Part shown: piece by piece, positions 29,123-37,284 of the stretch
Layout: each line of letters opens with the position of its first letter
Position numbering within the stretch: the stretch's first letter is position 1
IMG/VR virus record: IMGVR_UViG_3300006226_001703
Location: 1-64,000 of that record
Length of the DNA stretch: 64,000 nucleotides
DNA from: a virus
Lineage: Duplodnaviria; Caudoviricetes
Strand: one strand, 5' to 3'
The notes under the pieces: model-generated
The model's input: only the letters and a program-made list of their open reading frames with translations
Database searches by the model: none
Told to the model about the DNA's origin: nothing
Program-made: the position numbers and the translations under genes

Positions 29123-29470
29123 TTAATCCAATAAATGTAAAAAATTAGCTCGTAAGTCTTGCCATTCCTTTTTATTTAATAAGCTTCCCAATATATGTAA
29201 AGTCATTCTTGGGTTATTTCCTTTTTGAATTGATAGCACTGCTTCCTTTTTAATTTCGTCAAGCTCACTGTTTATCAAAGGTTTTAATATCTTCTTAACA
29301 TCTTTACTATCAGTTCCATCAATAACAAATCTCAAACCATACCAAAAAATATCTCTATTGTTTACTTCTTCAACATGTTCGTTAGTTTCATCCTCCAAAG
29401 CCAAGAGCCCCTCTCGTCTTGCCTTTTCCGATAGACTTAAAGCCTTAATAATAAAATTTATCTTTTCCAT
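29123..29470 (-). CDS. soluble MotA/PomA cytoplasmic-domain-like protein (no TM helices)
   Basis: SEKARREGLLALED...GLRFVIDG joined directly to AVLSIQKGNNPR, which in MotA are the cytoplasmic loop and C-terminal tail. Confidence 0.8.
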   Translation of the reverse strand: MEKINFIIKALSLSEKARREGLLALEDETNEHVEEVNNRDIFWYGLRFVIDGTDSKDVKKILKPLINSELDEIKKEAVLSIQKGNNPRMTLHILGSLLNKKEWQDLRANFLHLLD

Positions 29471-29475
29471 AGTAA

Positions 29476-30069
29476 TTAGTCCCTTGATTTGAATGAGATT
29501 CCAGCATAGTGTTTTTCAATCGCATGAATTGAAATTGGCTTATAATCTATCTGCTCAACTGAAACGTTATAATAAAGATTCTTATCAGAATCATGTTTGA
29601 ATATCCTGTGTTCTCCAATATGAAGATGTCCATGAATATTGACTCTGCAACTATTTGCTTCGAGGAAAACTGGCTCATGTGAAAGAATCATGTAGTTATT
29701 CCAAATAATTGGATGTCTGCTTGCCCATTCAAAGCCAAGTTGCATGTAATCTGTTGCTCTATAAGCATCATGATTTCCACATATCAACATTTTTCTTCCA
29801 TTTAATTGATAAGCCATATTGGAAACTTTTTCTTTATTGCCCAAACAAAAATCGCCAAGCATGTAAACGATATCATCATGTCCCACTGTGTTATTCCAGT
29901 TTTGAATCAACTTGTAATTCATTTCTTCCACATCTTTAAATGGACGATGACAATACTCGATTATCTTAGCGTGATGAAAATGAGTGTCGGCTATAAAGAA
30001 AACTTTATTGGCCACAATTTCCTCCATAAGCTCCATCGTGACAATCACCAGCTTCGCAACAATCATCAC
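29476..30069 (-). CDS. calcineurin-like metallophosphoesterase (start possibly GTG at 30015)
   Basis: ADTHFHH, LGDF, GNHD, SHEP, HGHLH. Confidence 0.85.
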   Translation of the reverse strand: MMIVAKLVIVTMELMEEIVANKVFFIADTHFHHAKIIEYCHRPFKDVEEMNYKLIQNWNNTVGHDDIVYMLGDFCLGNKEKVSNMAYQLNGRKMLICGNHDAYRATDYMQLGFEWASRHPIIWNNYMILSHEPVFLEANSCRVNIHGHLHIGEHRIFKHDSDKNLYYNVSVEQIDYKPISIHAIEKHYAGISFKSRD

Positions 30070-30232
30070 AAGGATAACTTTTATCTAATTCTTTTTCACC
30101 CTCAGAAAATTTTTGCATTAAATCTGTGTGAAAATCATTTAATTGCATTCCAGTTCTCATATTGATTATAATCCATTCAAGATAAATTATATGTAATAAC
30201 TTGAATTCATCTTCAGTTAAATCTAAAGTCAT
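30005..30232 (-). CDS. hypothetical protein, Cys-rich tail
   Basis: 75-aa ORF. Confidence 0.55.
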   Translation of the reverse strand: MTLDLTEDEFKLLHIIYLEWIIINMRTGMQLNDFHTDLMQKFSEGEKELDKSYPCDDCCEAGDCHDGAYGGNCGQ

Positions 30233-30498
30233 GCTTTATAATCTCCACATTTATGGCAATGAGGACAATCAAATTCACAACAACAATCTGGGCAAGCAGG
30301 CCTATGAACTTTTGGAGTTGGGGCTCGTGGTGGTTCTGGTGGCCTTGGTGCACGAGGGTCATGTGAAAATCTTAAAATTCTTTCTTCCATCTCTTTTTCT
30401 TTTTGGAGCTTATTAAACAATTCTTTGAAATAACCTTCTTGCTCTAATTCTTTAAAAGCTTGTTTGAAAATAGATTTTATTTCAGCTTCACTTTTCAT
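30229..30498 (-). CDS. hypothetical protein, Pro- and Cys-rich tail
   Basis: CPDCCCEFDCPHCHKC. Confidence 0.55.
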   Translation of the reverse strand: MKSEAEIKSIFKQAFKELEQEGYFKELFNKLQKEKEMEERILRFSHDPRAPRPPEPPRAPTPKVHRPACPDCCCEFDCPHCHKCGDYKA

Positions 30499-30913
30499 TA
30501 TTATTTTTCGTTTCCTTTGGTTGTGGCTTCTTTTCTTTCTTAAACTCTCTACAAGGCTTTTCTACCATAGTTTTATTTGGCGCTTTTTTATCTTCCTGCA
30601 TTATCTCTCTGAGCATTGTTTTCACTTCCTCACGAGGGAGTTGAATCTTTGTAGAAGACCATTGATGGAAACCATGGGGATTAGAGTTTTGTCTCGTTTC
30701 AATTTCAAATTGTCTTTCAGCCTCAGCCCAAACTATGTCTGCCACTTCTTGAATAGCATTCATACTTAATTTAATAAGCTTTTTTCTGTCAACAATATCT
30801 GAGTCAACTCCATCTAAACATAAAGTGTCCGCTGCAAAAATGCTCACTTGTTGTTCTAACAAGCGAATTACATTTTTTGAAAATGGACCTTTAATGTGAT
30901 TTTTTCCAAACAT
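30488..30913 (-). CDS. hypothetical protein
   Basis: 141-aa ORF, AGGAG RBS. Confidence 0.7.
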   Translation of the reverse strand: MFGKNHIKGPFSKNVIRLLEQQVSIFAADTLCLDGVDSDIVDRKKLIKLSMNAIQEVADIVWAEAERQFEIETRQNSNPHGFHQWSSTKIQLPREEVKTMLREIMQEDKKAPNKTMVEKPCREFKKEKKPQPKETKNNNEK

Positions 30914-30922
30914 TTTAATCTC

Positions 30923-31339
30923 CTATTTAAAAAATGATATTATCCAATCTTTTCCTTCTAGAGGACCAGTCTTACTAAATGATTTAGCTGAACTTATTTC
31001 ATAACCTGCACTTGATAATACGTCAGCAACTTTAAGCAATTGTTGTTCATCAATACTTAAATGTTTTCTAATATCATCAACACAAATTTGCCACCTACCA
31101 GCCTTCCTAGCTTCTATTAGTTTTTCATTTACAAAGTTAACAAAATCATTAAACTGTTTAACCCATAATTCTTTACAATTATATTTTTCTTTTAATTCTT
31201 CCTTAGTAATAAATCTTGGTATATCACCACCAAACATTTCTTCATGATATTTTTCTTTAGCTAAACCCATTAAAACTTCTGATGCGAAATTATAGATTTC
31301 ATTATCATCATGATTGTCACTCATTGTCTTCTTCCTCAA
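30923..31339 (-). CDS. hypothetical protein, paralog family
   Basis: FITKEEL...NEKLIEARKAG...VLSSAGYEI. Confidence 0.65.
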   Translation of the reverse strand: MRKKTMSDNHDDNEIYNFASEVLMGLAKEKYHEEMFGGDIPRFITKEELKEKYNCKELWVKQFNDFVNFVNEKLIEARKAGRWQICVDDIRKHLSIDEQQLLKVADVLSSAGYEISSAKSFSKTGPLEGKDWIISFFK

Positions 31340-31589
31340 ACTTTATATGAATATGCATTCCCAACGGAACTATTTTGTAACCCAAATTATATAAGTCATC
31401 TAATAGACGCTTTTTATTTTCTTCATAATGAATCATTTGGTCAATACAAAACATATAAGCATCTTTACCTTCATCACGAGCTTCTTTTAATTCCTTATTC
31501 AAATAGATTTTAATTTTGCTATACTCTGATGCTATTTTTCTTTTTGGAACTCTCTTTAACAATTCATCTTTTGATATTAAATTAAACAT
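31317..31589 (-). CDS. hypothetical protein, paralog family
   Basis: LISKDEL...NKELKEARDEG...DLYNLGYKI. Confidence 0.65.
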   Translation of the reverse strand: MFNLISKDELLKRVPKRKIASEYSKIKIYLNKELKEARDEGKDAYMFCIDQMIHYEENKKRLLDDLYNLGYKIVPLGMHIHIKFEEEDNE

Positions 31590-32293
31590 TATTCATCCCC
31601 ATGTTCGTATGGATTTTTACTTGACACACCTGATGCTTGAGCTTCTGCTCTAGTGTTTGCACTTAATGTGTTTAGCACAAATGAAAAACGTTCCCATCCA
31701 GTCATTAAGTGGTTAATTGTGTTGTACTTGTTTTCAGCAATAATAACATTAGCTTTTAATCTCGCTAAATCTGCCATCCATTGTTTTCTAACATACATCT
31801 CAATCTCACGAGCAGCTGTAAAGTTGGCACTCTTACCCAATGAAACTTGTTGCTGTTTAACTTCAACATATTTCTGTGCATAAAAGTTTTCATACTTTTC
31901 TTCTGCTATAGATTTTTGAATTCTACATTCTTGATGCAAAGTTATTAAGCCAAATAATACGCTTTCATATTGCATTAGTGACTGATTCAATGCATAAAAA
32001 GTTGGCTCAGAACTTCCACCAAAGAGTAAGTTTTGATTCATCAACTCAATCTGTTTTTGAACAAACTTAACAAGCTCTTCCTCTGCCTCTTGATAAGTCA
32101 ATTCAGTTGCAATTTCTGGCGTTGTGTAAGTGCCATCTTTTGTCATAATAAAATTGACTTCACCTCGTTCAGTGTTGTCTTCAATTTGTTTGCCCAATTC
32201 ATTAAGCCCGCGCTCATATTGATTATGCTCTTCAACCGATGCAGGCGGATGCTCGTTTTCAACTGGTTTTCTTCTAACTACTTTTTCAGACAT
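31589..32293 (-). CDS. UvsY-like recombination mediator (tentative)
   Basis: helical C-terminal half EIEMYV...ENKYNTINHLMTGWERFSFVLNTL resembles UvsY. Confidence 0.4.
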   Translation of the reverse strand: MSEKVVRRKPVENEHPPASVEEHNQYERGLNELGKQIEDNTERGEVNFIMTKDGTYTTPEIATELTYQEAEEELVKFVQKQIELMNQNLLFGGSSEPTFYALNQSLMQYESVLFGLITLHQECRIQKSIAEEKYENFYAQKYVEVKQQQVSLGKSANFTAAREIEMYVRKQWMADLARLKANVIIAENKYNTINHLMTGWERFSFVLNTLSANTRAEAQASGVSSKNPYEHGDE

Positions 32294-32663
32294 CAGCTAA
32301 TTCTTTTTCCTTTGCTTTTTCTTCTTTCGTCATCTGCTTTTCAAGTTCACGCTCTCGTTTCTCATCAACTTTAATAGCAGCATTCATATATGCTTCCATT
32401 TGTTTAGCAGATCTTTCCTCTTTGAAATAAAGCCGACATTTACAGAAGCCCTCACTGTCTCGATTTTTGAACTGCTCACACATACAGCGGTTAACTTCTA
32501 AATTACCTTCACGAGAGGGACAATAACCATTGTTGTCTTTCACTCGCTGATAGAGTTCGGCCCGCTTTTCTTGGTCGGAGTTCATAAAAATCTTGTACTT
32601 TGCTTCGATTTCTGTAGTTTCATACTTGTAAAAATTGTCAGCATTAATCTTTTTCTTTGGCAT
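32286..32663 (-). CDS. ferredoxin-thioredoxin reductase catalytic subunit-like protein
   Basis: GYCPSR...CMC...CKCRLY versus canonical CPC/CPC/CHC. Confidence 0.65.
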   Translation of the reverse strand: MPKKKINADNFYKYETTEIEAKYKIFMNSDQEKRAELYQRVKDNNGYCPSREGNLEVNRCMCEQFKNRDSEGFCKCRLYFKEERSAKQMEAYMNAAIKVDEKRERELEKQMTKEEKAKEKELADV

Positions 32664-32673
32664 ATTATCTCTC

Positions 32674-33057
32674 CTACCTTGTTATTAGATTAACTATTGG
32701 CTCATACAAGCCACCAGTGAATTGTAACGCAAATATGATTCCACCAAACATTGTAGTAGCCACAACATTATAGTTTGAGACTTGAACTTTATGTGGATTA
32801 TTTCCAGCATAGACATGATAACAGAGACTGATAAAAGTTAGAATATGCAGAATGTTCATCTGCCAGCAGAATGCGTTGAAGTCAGAATCAACTGACATCA
32901 CGATCATCGCAACAATCCAAATAATCGTTGACAATGATGTCCAATACGGAGAACCTCCGGGCTTCATTTGCCGTCCATGTTTTGCTGCTGAAACTAATAT
33001 GCCCTTCAAAAGCATAAAACCAAAATAGATACTAAAAATGAGCTGAAGCGTAGTCAT
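32674..33057 (-). CDS. membrane protein
   Basis: about four hydrophobic segments. Confidence 0.65.
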   Translation of the reverse strand: MTTLQLIFSIYFGFMLLKGILVSAAKHGRQMKPGGSPYWTSLSTIIWIVAMIVMSVDSDFNAFCWQMNILHILTFISLCYHVYAGNNPHKVQVSNYNVVATTMFGGIIFALQFTGGLYEPIVNLITR

Positions 33058-33084
33058 TTATTTCCTCCTATTTAAATTAACTTT

Positions 33085-33102
33085 GGGCTGCCGAAGCAGC
33101 CC
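33085..33102 (-). terminator. cUUCGg-loop terminator hairpin
   Basis: - strand GGGCTGC TTCG GCAGCCC, perfect 7-bp stem. Confidence 0.7.
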
Positions 33103-33126
33103 TAATTATTTCCGTTTAATTCTCAA

Positions 33127-33447
33127 TTATGCAAGAAGGTCCCTTTCCTTGCCATTAGTCTTCTCAATGGCAGCCTGGATGGTACCGGGGAACGCCGTCA
33201 TAAAATGAGTTGCGGCGTTAAAAGCGTTTTCTCTCCGCTTTCCCTTGATTACGACATCAAGAATCTGGTCATTATCTGACCGGAGAATTGATGCCTCAGT
33301 AGCGAGGCCAAAAGGCAAAGTGCGAATTGCGTTATGCATATCCGTGAAGCCATTCTGTGGCCTGTCAATCTTAATAGTTACTGTAGTCATATCTTGTCTC
33401 CCTTTAACTTGATAATAATATATAAGATGGGCAGAAATAGTGTTCAA
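33127..33447 (-). CDS. hypothetical early protein (true start probably ATG at 33390)
   Basis: class I promoter and GGGAGA RBS lie just upstream of the MTTVTIK start; more GC-rich than neighbours. Confidence 0.65.
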   Translation of the reverse strand: MNTISAHLIYYYQVKGRQDMTTVTIKIDRPQNGFTDMHNAIRTLPFGLATEASILRSDNDQILDVVIKGKRRENAFNAATHFMTAFPGTIQAAIEKTNGKERDLLA

Positions 33448-33449
33448 AA
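33397..33449 (-). promoter_or_regulatory. class I promoter/RBS block, second copy
   Basis: identical 34-bp core to 13878-13911. Confidence 0.7.
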
Positions 33450-33503
33450 TCTAAGTTTGTACTAAATAATAAGAAACAGCAATATGTTAAAGGAGATGCA
33501 AAT

Positions 33504-34112
33504 ATGCTTGCTACCAGTTTTTCAGCGAAGTTCTGGAAAGACAAATTTCAATCAAAATTCGTAAACTTTTGTAAGAAGTCACCCGTACTACTCTCTATGA
33601 TTATGAAAATTCAAGGGGGAGAAGAAGGTGTTCTAATTACACATGTCAACTCAAACTCTAAATACTTTTTTCCATTTAACTATGACCAAGACCCGAAAGA
33701 CTTCATAGCTGATATTAAGAAATTATTGGTGGAAAAACACTACCCAAGAATAATGGAAGAGATTTTAGATAAACATCAATTCTCTACTGATGAATTAGCC
33801 CTCAAAGTTGAAAAGGGAGAATCATTAGACAACCTTGCTAAATATGAAATGAGAGTTGTGGGAACTAGAATGTATCGAATTGATAAGATTCTAGCTTGGA
33901 AAAATATCGCCATTTTAACTTTGGAAGAAAGTTCTTTTGATGAGGATAAACTTAACTCAAATTATAGATATAAATATAATGGCGGAAGTTTAGTGATATT
34001 TTTGAAGAATTATAGAAGTGGAAAGTTTAAGTCACTTGAAAGTGCGTCTGAACATTTCTTGTCAAATAGTTTATTGATAGATGAAATTGTTAAAAAAGGA
34101 GAAGACGATTAA
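33504..34112 (+). CDS. hypothetical protein
   Basis: 202-aa ORF, ACTAAATA motif at 33461 and AAGGAG RBS. Confidence 0.7.
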   Translation: MLATSFSAKFWKDKFQSKFVNFCKKSPVLLSMIMKIQGGEEGVLITHVNSNSKYFFPFNYDQDPKDFIADIKKLLVEKHYPRIMEEILDKHQFSTDELALKVEKGESLDNLAKYEMRVVGTRMYRIDKILAWKNIAILTLEESSFDEDKLNSNYRYKYNGGSLVIFLKNYRSGKFKSLESASEHFLSNSLLIDEIVKKGEDD

Positions 34113-34396
34113 TGCCAGTTCTTAAAGTTAAAGACCCATACTTAATTGTTCTTGATGAACATACTGATGATAATTGGGTTTTTCAAACTAAAACAGATAC
34201 ACAAGGTGGATGTTGTTGGCATGCTTATATGCATAAAGATGAAGACAAATTTTCAGGCTGGTCAAGAAGAGTTGACTGTAATATGAGACCTGGCTACATT
34301 AGAATTATTGCAACAAAAGAAAATTATGAAGATAGCAACCAAATAATTTATACATTATTTGAAAATACGATTAAAAAAGGATATCATAAATTATGA
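34112..34396 (+). CDS. hypothetical protein
   Basis: 94-aa ORF, coupled start. Confidence 0.65.
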   Translation: MPVLKVKDPYLIVLDEHTDDNWVFQTKTDTQGGCCWHAYMHKDEDKFSGWSRRVDCNMRPGYIRIIATKENYEDSNQIIYTLFENTIKKGYHKL

Positions 34397-34722
34397 AAAT
34401 CTTTATATCACAGGGGATGAAAGATAAGACCCCAGAAGAAATTAAAACAGAAATAAATAAAGGAATTGACTACATTAAAAGTCTCTTTCCAGAAGATAAT
34501 GTCGAAATACTTAGTACTTACTTTGAAGATTTTGAACCAGAAGCAGCAAAAGGAAGTCCACAATATCGAATTGCTTTCTTAGGTAAATCAGTTATTGAAG
34601 GACTTGCTAAATGTCACATTGCTTTATTCTTAGGTGAATGGGAACAATTTATTGGTTGTCAATGTGAACATTTTATTGCTCAAAGATATGGAATCCCAAT
34701 ATTCTTTTTTAAGGATTTGTAG
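34393..34722 (+). CDS. DUF4406/nucleoside deoxyribosyltransferase-like protein
   Basis: MKIFISQGM...GCQCEHFIAQRYGIPI pattern. Confidence 0.5.
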   Translation: MKIFISQGMKDKTPEEIKTEINKGIDYIKSLFPEDNVEILSTYFEDFEPEAAKGSPQYRIAFLGKSVIEGLAKCHIALFLGEWEQFIGCQCEHFIAQRYGIPIFFFKDL

Positions 34723-36115
34723 GAGCTTGTTCTTCAGGTAAAGCTGACACATCAAAATAAGCACCATTAAATAGTCCCTTGGCAGTTTTACCAATTCTTC
34801 CATTACTTATTTTAACAGCTTGAACTTCAATGATATCTAACAGTGTATCATATTGGTCAGGCTGTAAATAAAGTTCAGCATACATTTTTTCTCTAAAAGT
34901 CGTTAACACATATCTTGATCTTTCAACCCAAGCAGATGCATTTTTGATCTGTGCTCTATTTGGACGAAATCGTTGCAAATCTTTTACATCATGACATTTA
35001 ACATCTGATTCAGTTGTTCTATTTAATTGTAATACACCAATTATATGTACACCAAGTTCTTTTGCTATTGCAGATAATTTGTTCATTCCCAATTCGACAC
35101 TTTGAGCGAAATTAGTACCACCAGAAACTTTAGTGAAGTCAGAAACCATCGATAACAAGTCAAGAACAACTATACAGTAACGTTGTCCCATTTCAGACTG
35201 GAATTTCTTGATATATTTTCTTAATTCATTTAAAGTCATGCTTGCATCTTCTGAGAATCTAAAAGTCTTATTTTTAGATAAATGTAATTTTTCTTTTTCA
35301 AGCATATCACATATATCTTCAAATTGCCCTTGCTCTCTTGGGTTTATAATATCAGAATAAAGAATCTCTAATCTCTTGGACATTAATCTATCCATTGTTG
35401 CAATTGATGACATCTCTAAACTGAAATACATGCTTGGAATTTGAGCTTCAATTAATGAGTTGATTAAGTTTAATGAGAGTGTGCTTTTACCAGAACCGGA
35501 TGATGAAGCAATTATTCCAATTTCTCCAGGTCGAGGTCCATCAGGAATAAGCTCGTCAAATATGAAATTATAGAAATAGAATTGTTTTCCTTTTTTACGA
35601 AGGTTTAATTCCTTATTATATTGTTCTGCCCATTCTTCAAAGTCCATAACTTTTTTAATTGAATGGTCTTCCAAAAATAATTCTTCTTCACCAGCTCCAA
35701 TTAAATCTTTAATATCAATTATGTTATGTTCATTTAAGTGAGTTTGTTCTTCTATTTTTAGTGCTGCTGCTTTTAAGTTGGCTGCTGCTTTTCTTCTCTT
35801 TTTAGCATCCTGTAATTGTTTTACGATATCTTTTATTGATGTTAGAGGTTGATTTTGTTTTGCTGTAATTATATCAATAACATTAGGTGAGCCATCTATA
35901 TCTATTTTCGCATATTCTTGTAATAATGCATCTCTTGTGAAAGGAATTGAATGCTCTTTTAGATATTGAACTGCTTTATAAACGTTACGAGTTGCTGATG
36001 AAGAAAAAATCCCATCATCAATACTTGGGTCCTCTAAAAACTCAGGCTGATAAAATAACGTCTGTAAAAGCCTTCTCTCTGTAAAATTATCTACATCTGA
36101 TTTCTTTTCTGCCAT
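34709..36115 (-). CDS. dnaB: replicative DNA helicase (DnaB/gp41-like)
   Basis: GEIGIIASSSGSGKST Walker A, YFSLEMS, VVLD, QLNR. Confidence 0.9.
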   Translation of the reverse strand: MAEKKSDVDNFTERRLLQTLFYQPEFLEDPSIDDGIFSSSATRNVYKAVQYLKEHSIPFTRDALLQEYAKIDIDGSPNVIDIITAKQNQPLTSIKDIVKQLQDAKKRRKAAANLKAAALKIEEQTHLNEHNIIDIKDLIGAGEEELFLEDHSIKKVMDFEEWAEQYNKELNLRKKGKQFYFYNFIFDELIPDGPRPGEIGIIASSSGSGKSTLSLNLINSLIEAQIPSMYFSLEMSSIATMDRLMSKRLEILYSDIINPREQGQFEDICDMLEKEKLHLSKNKTFRFSEDASMTLNELRKYIKKFQSEMGQRYCIVVLDLLSMVSDFTKVSGGTNFAQSVELGMNKLSAIAKELGVHIIGVLQLNRTTESDVKCHDVKDLQRFRPNRAQIKNASAWVERSRYVLTTFREKMYAELYLQPDQYDTLLDIIEVQAVKISNGRIGKTAKGLFNGAYFDVSALPEEQAPTNP

Positions 36116-36888
36116 TAAAATAATTCCTCTGGGATATCATTAACTATATCTGTAAATACAAATTCGGTGTTTCTCTTTTTGATTTTATCACTAATCAAAT
36201 CTTTTAAGTTGTTTGGCAATGTTGTATATGAATTTAATGAACAAAAAATGATTCCCTTATTATTTAATATTCTTTCTTTTAGAAATCTTTCAAATAATCC
36301 CAACTGTTTATCAGAATAAAGTGTGTACTTTCCATTTGTGTTTATATTAAAATTTCCAATTATCAATAAGTCACAATTACTATATTTATCAATAATATAG
36401 TTTATCTCTGGGTCAGCATTTTTTGAGCCATCTGGATTCCATAAACTATGAATGAACTTATCAAATAATGTAGAAAAATCTACAAAATGTACTTCATATT
36501 TTCTAATAAGTTTATTACCAATCCAATTTACTGTCTCTTTTATTTGTGTGTCAGGCGGGCCATAAAAGAATAATAATGATGCTCTAACTTTTTCATCTTC
36601 AAAAAAGTTATCAATATATTTACTTAATCTTGTTATGTTTCCAATTGATTTAACACCAACATAATCTCCATTAGAAAGATTTATATCAAACATATCTGGG
36701 TCAAAACCATTTCTAACAAAATTATTTATTGCTTCAGTTTCTAATCTCCAATTTTTATGACAAAGACATTCTTTCACAATGGGATATTCGACGCCATTTC
36801 TTACTTCTATTGATTTGTAAAATCCAGGAGGAGAAGTCTTACTCTGTTTAGATTTACATCTATTACATTGCTTATATTCTTTTTTCAT
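36115..36888 (-). CDS. DnaC/IstB-like helicase loader with degenerate Walker A
   Basis: N-terminal CxxC...CxC, YGPPDTQIKE in Walker A position, CDLLII; directly upstream of helicase; ends ...PEELF. Confidence 0.6.
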   Translation of the reverse strand: MKKEYKQCNRCKSKQSKTSPPGFYKSIEVRNGVEYPIVKECLCHKNWRLETEAINNFVRNGFDPDMFDINLSNGDYVGVKSIGNITRLSKYIDNFFEDEKVRASLLFFYGPPDTQIKETVNWIGNKLIRKYEVHFVDFSTLFDKFIHSLWNPDGSKNADPEINYIIDKYSNCDLLIIGNFNINTNGKYTLYSDKQLGLFERFLKERILNNKGIIFCSLNSYTTLPNNLKDLISDKIKKRNTEFVFTDIVNDIPEELF

Positions 36889-37058
36889 AAGTTTAAATTA
36901 ACTATTCAGCTTCTTTAGTTTTTGGCCAAGGACCATCTAGTTTGAAAGGTGGCGTTATAGTATGTTCTCCAATTTTAATAGACGCATTTCCAGTGTCATG
37001 ATCATAAATGAATGAAATACCTTCATCCATAATATGAAACATTAACTTTTTAGCATCC

Positions 37059-37265
37059 TCAGCTGTAAACTTCATCTTGTCTTTCTTCCTTTTTAGTTTT
37101 CTTTTCTAAAAGGCGCCAATTTATTTTACGAGATATGTTTTCAGCCATTCTCATGTAATACTCTTGTTCAATTTTGGGCGCATCAGCTCGTGTACCATAT
37201 TTAACATGCCTATCATATTCTTTCTTTAGGCCCAATGCTTCTCTTGTGTCCTTGTCAATTTTCAT
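37059..37265 (-). CDS. hypothetical protein
   Basis: 68-aa ORF, AGAGGAG RBS. Confidence 0.6.
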   Translation of the reverse strand: MKIDKDTREALGLKKEYDRHVKYGTRADAPKIEQEYYMRMAENISRKINWRLLEKKTKKEERQDEVYS

Positions 37266-37284
37266 ATTATCTCCTCTTGATATA

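Noticed and set aside
8230-29470. A genuine host flagellar operon (window is bacterial chromosome)
   Set aside because: The three genes are about 10 kb apart, truncated to single surfaces and embedded among terminase, tail and T4-like replication genes; no fliG, fliF, flhA or motB is present
30005-30498. Cys-rich tails as metallothioneins or a RiPP precursor
   Set aside because: No modifying enzyme nearby and the Cys clusters are only short tails; insufficient support
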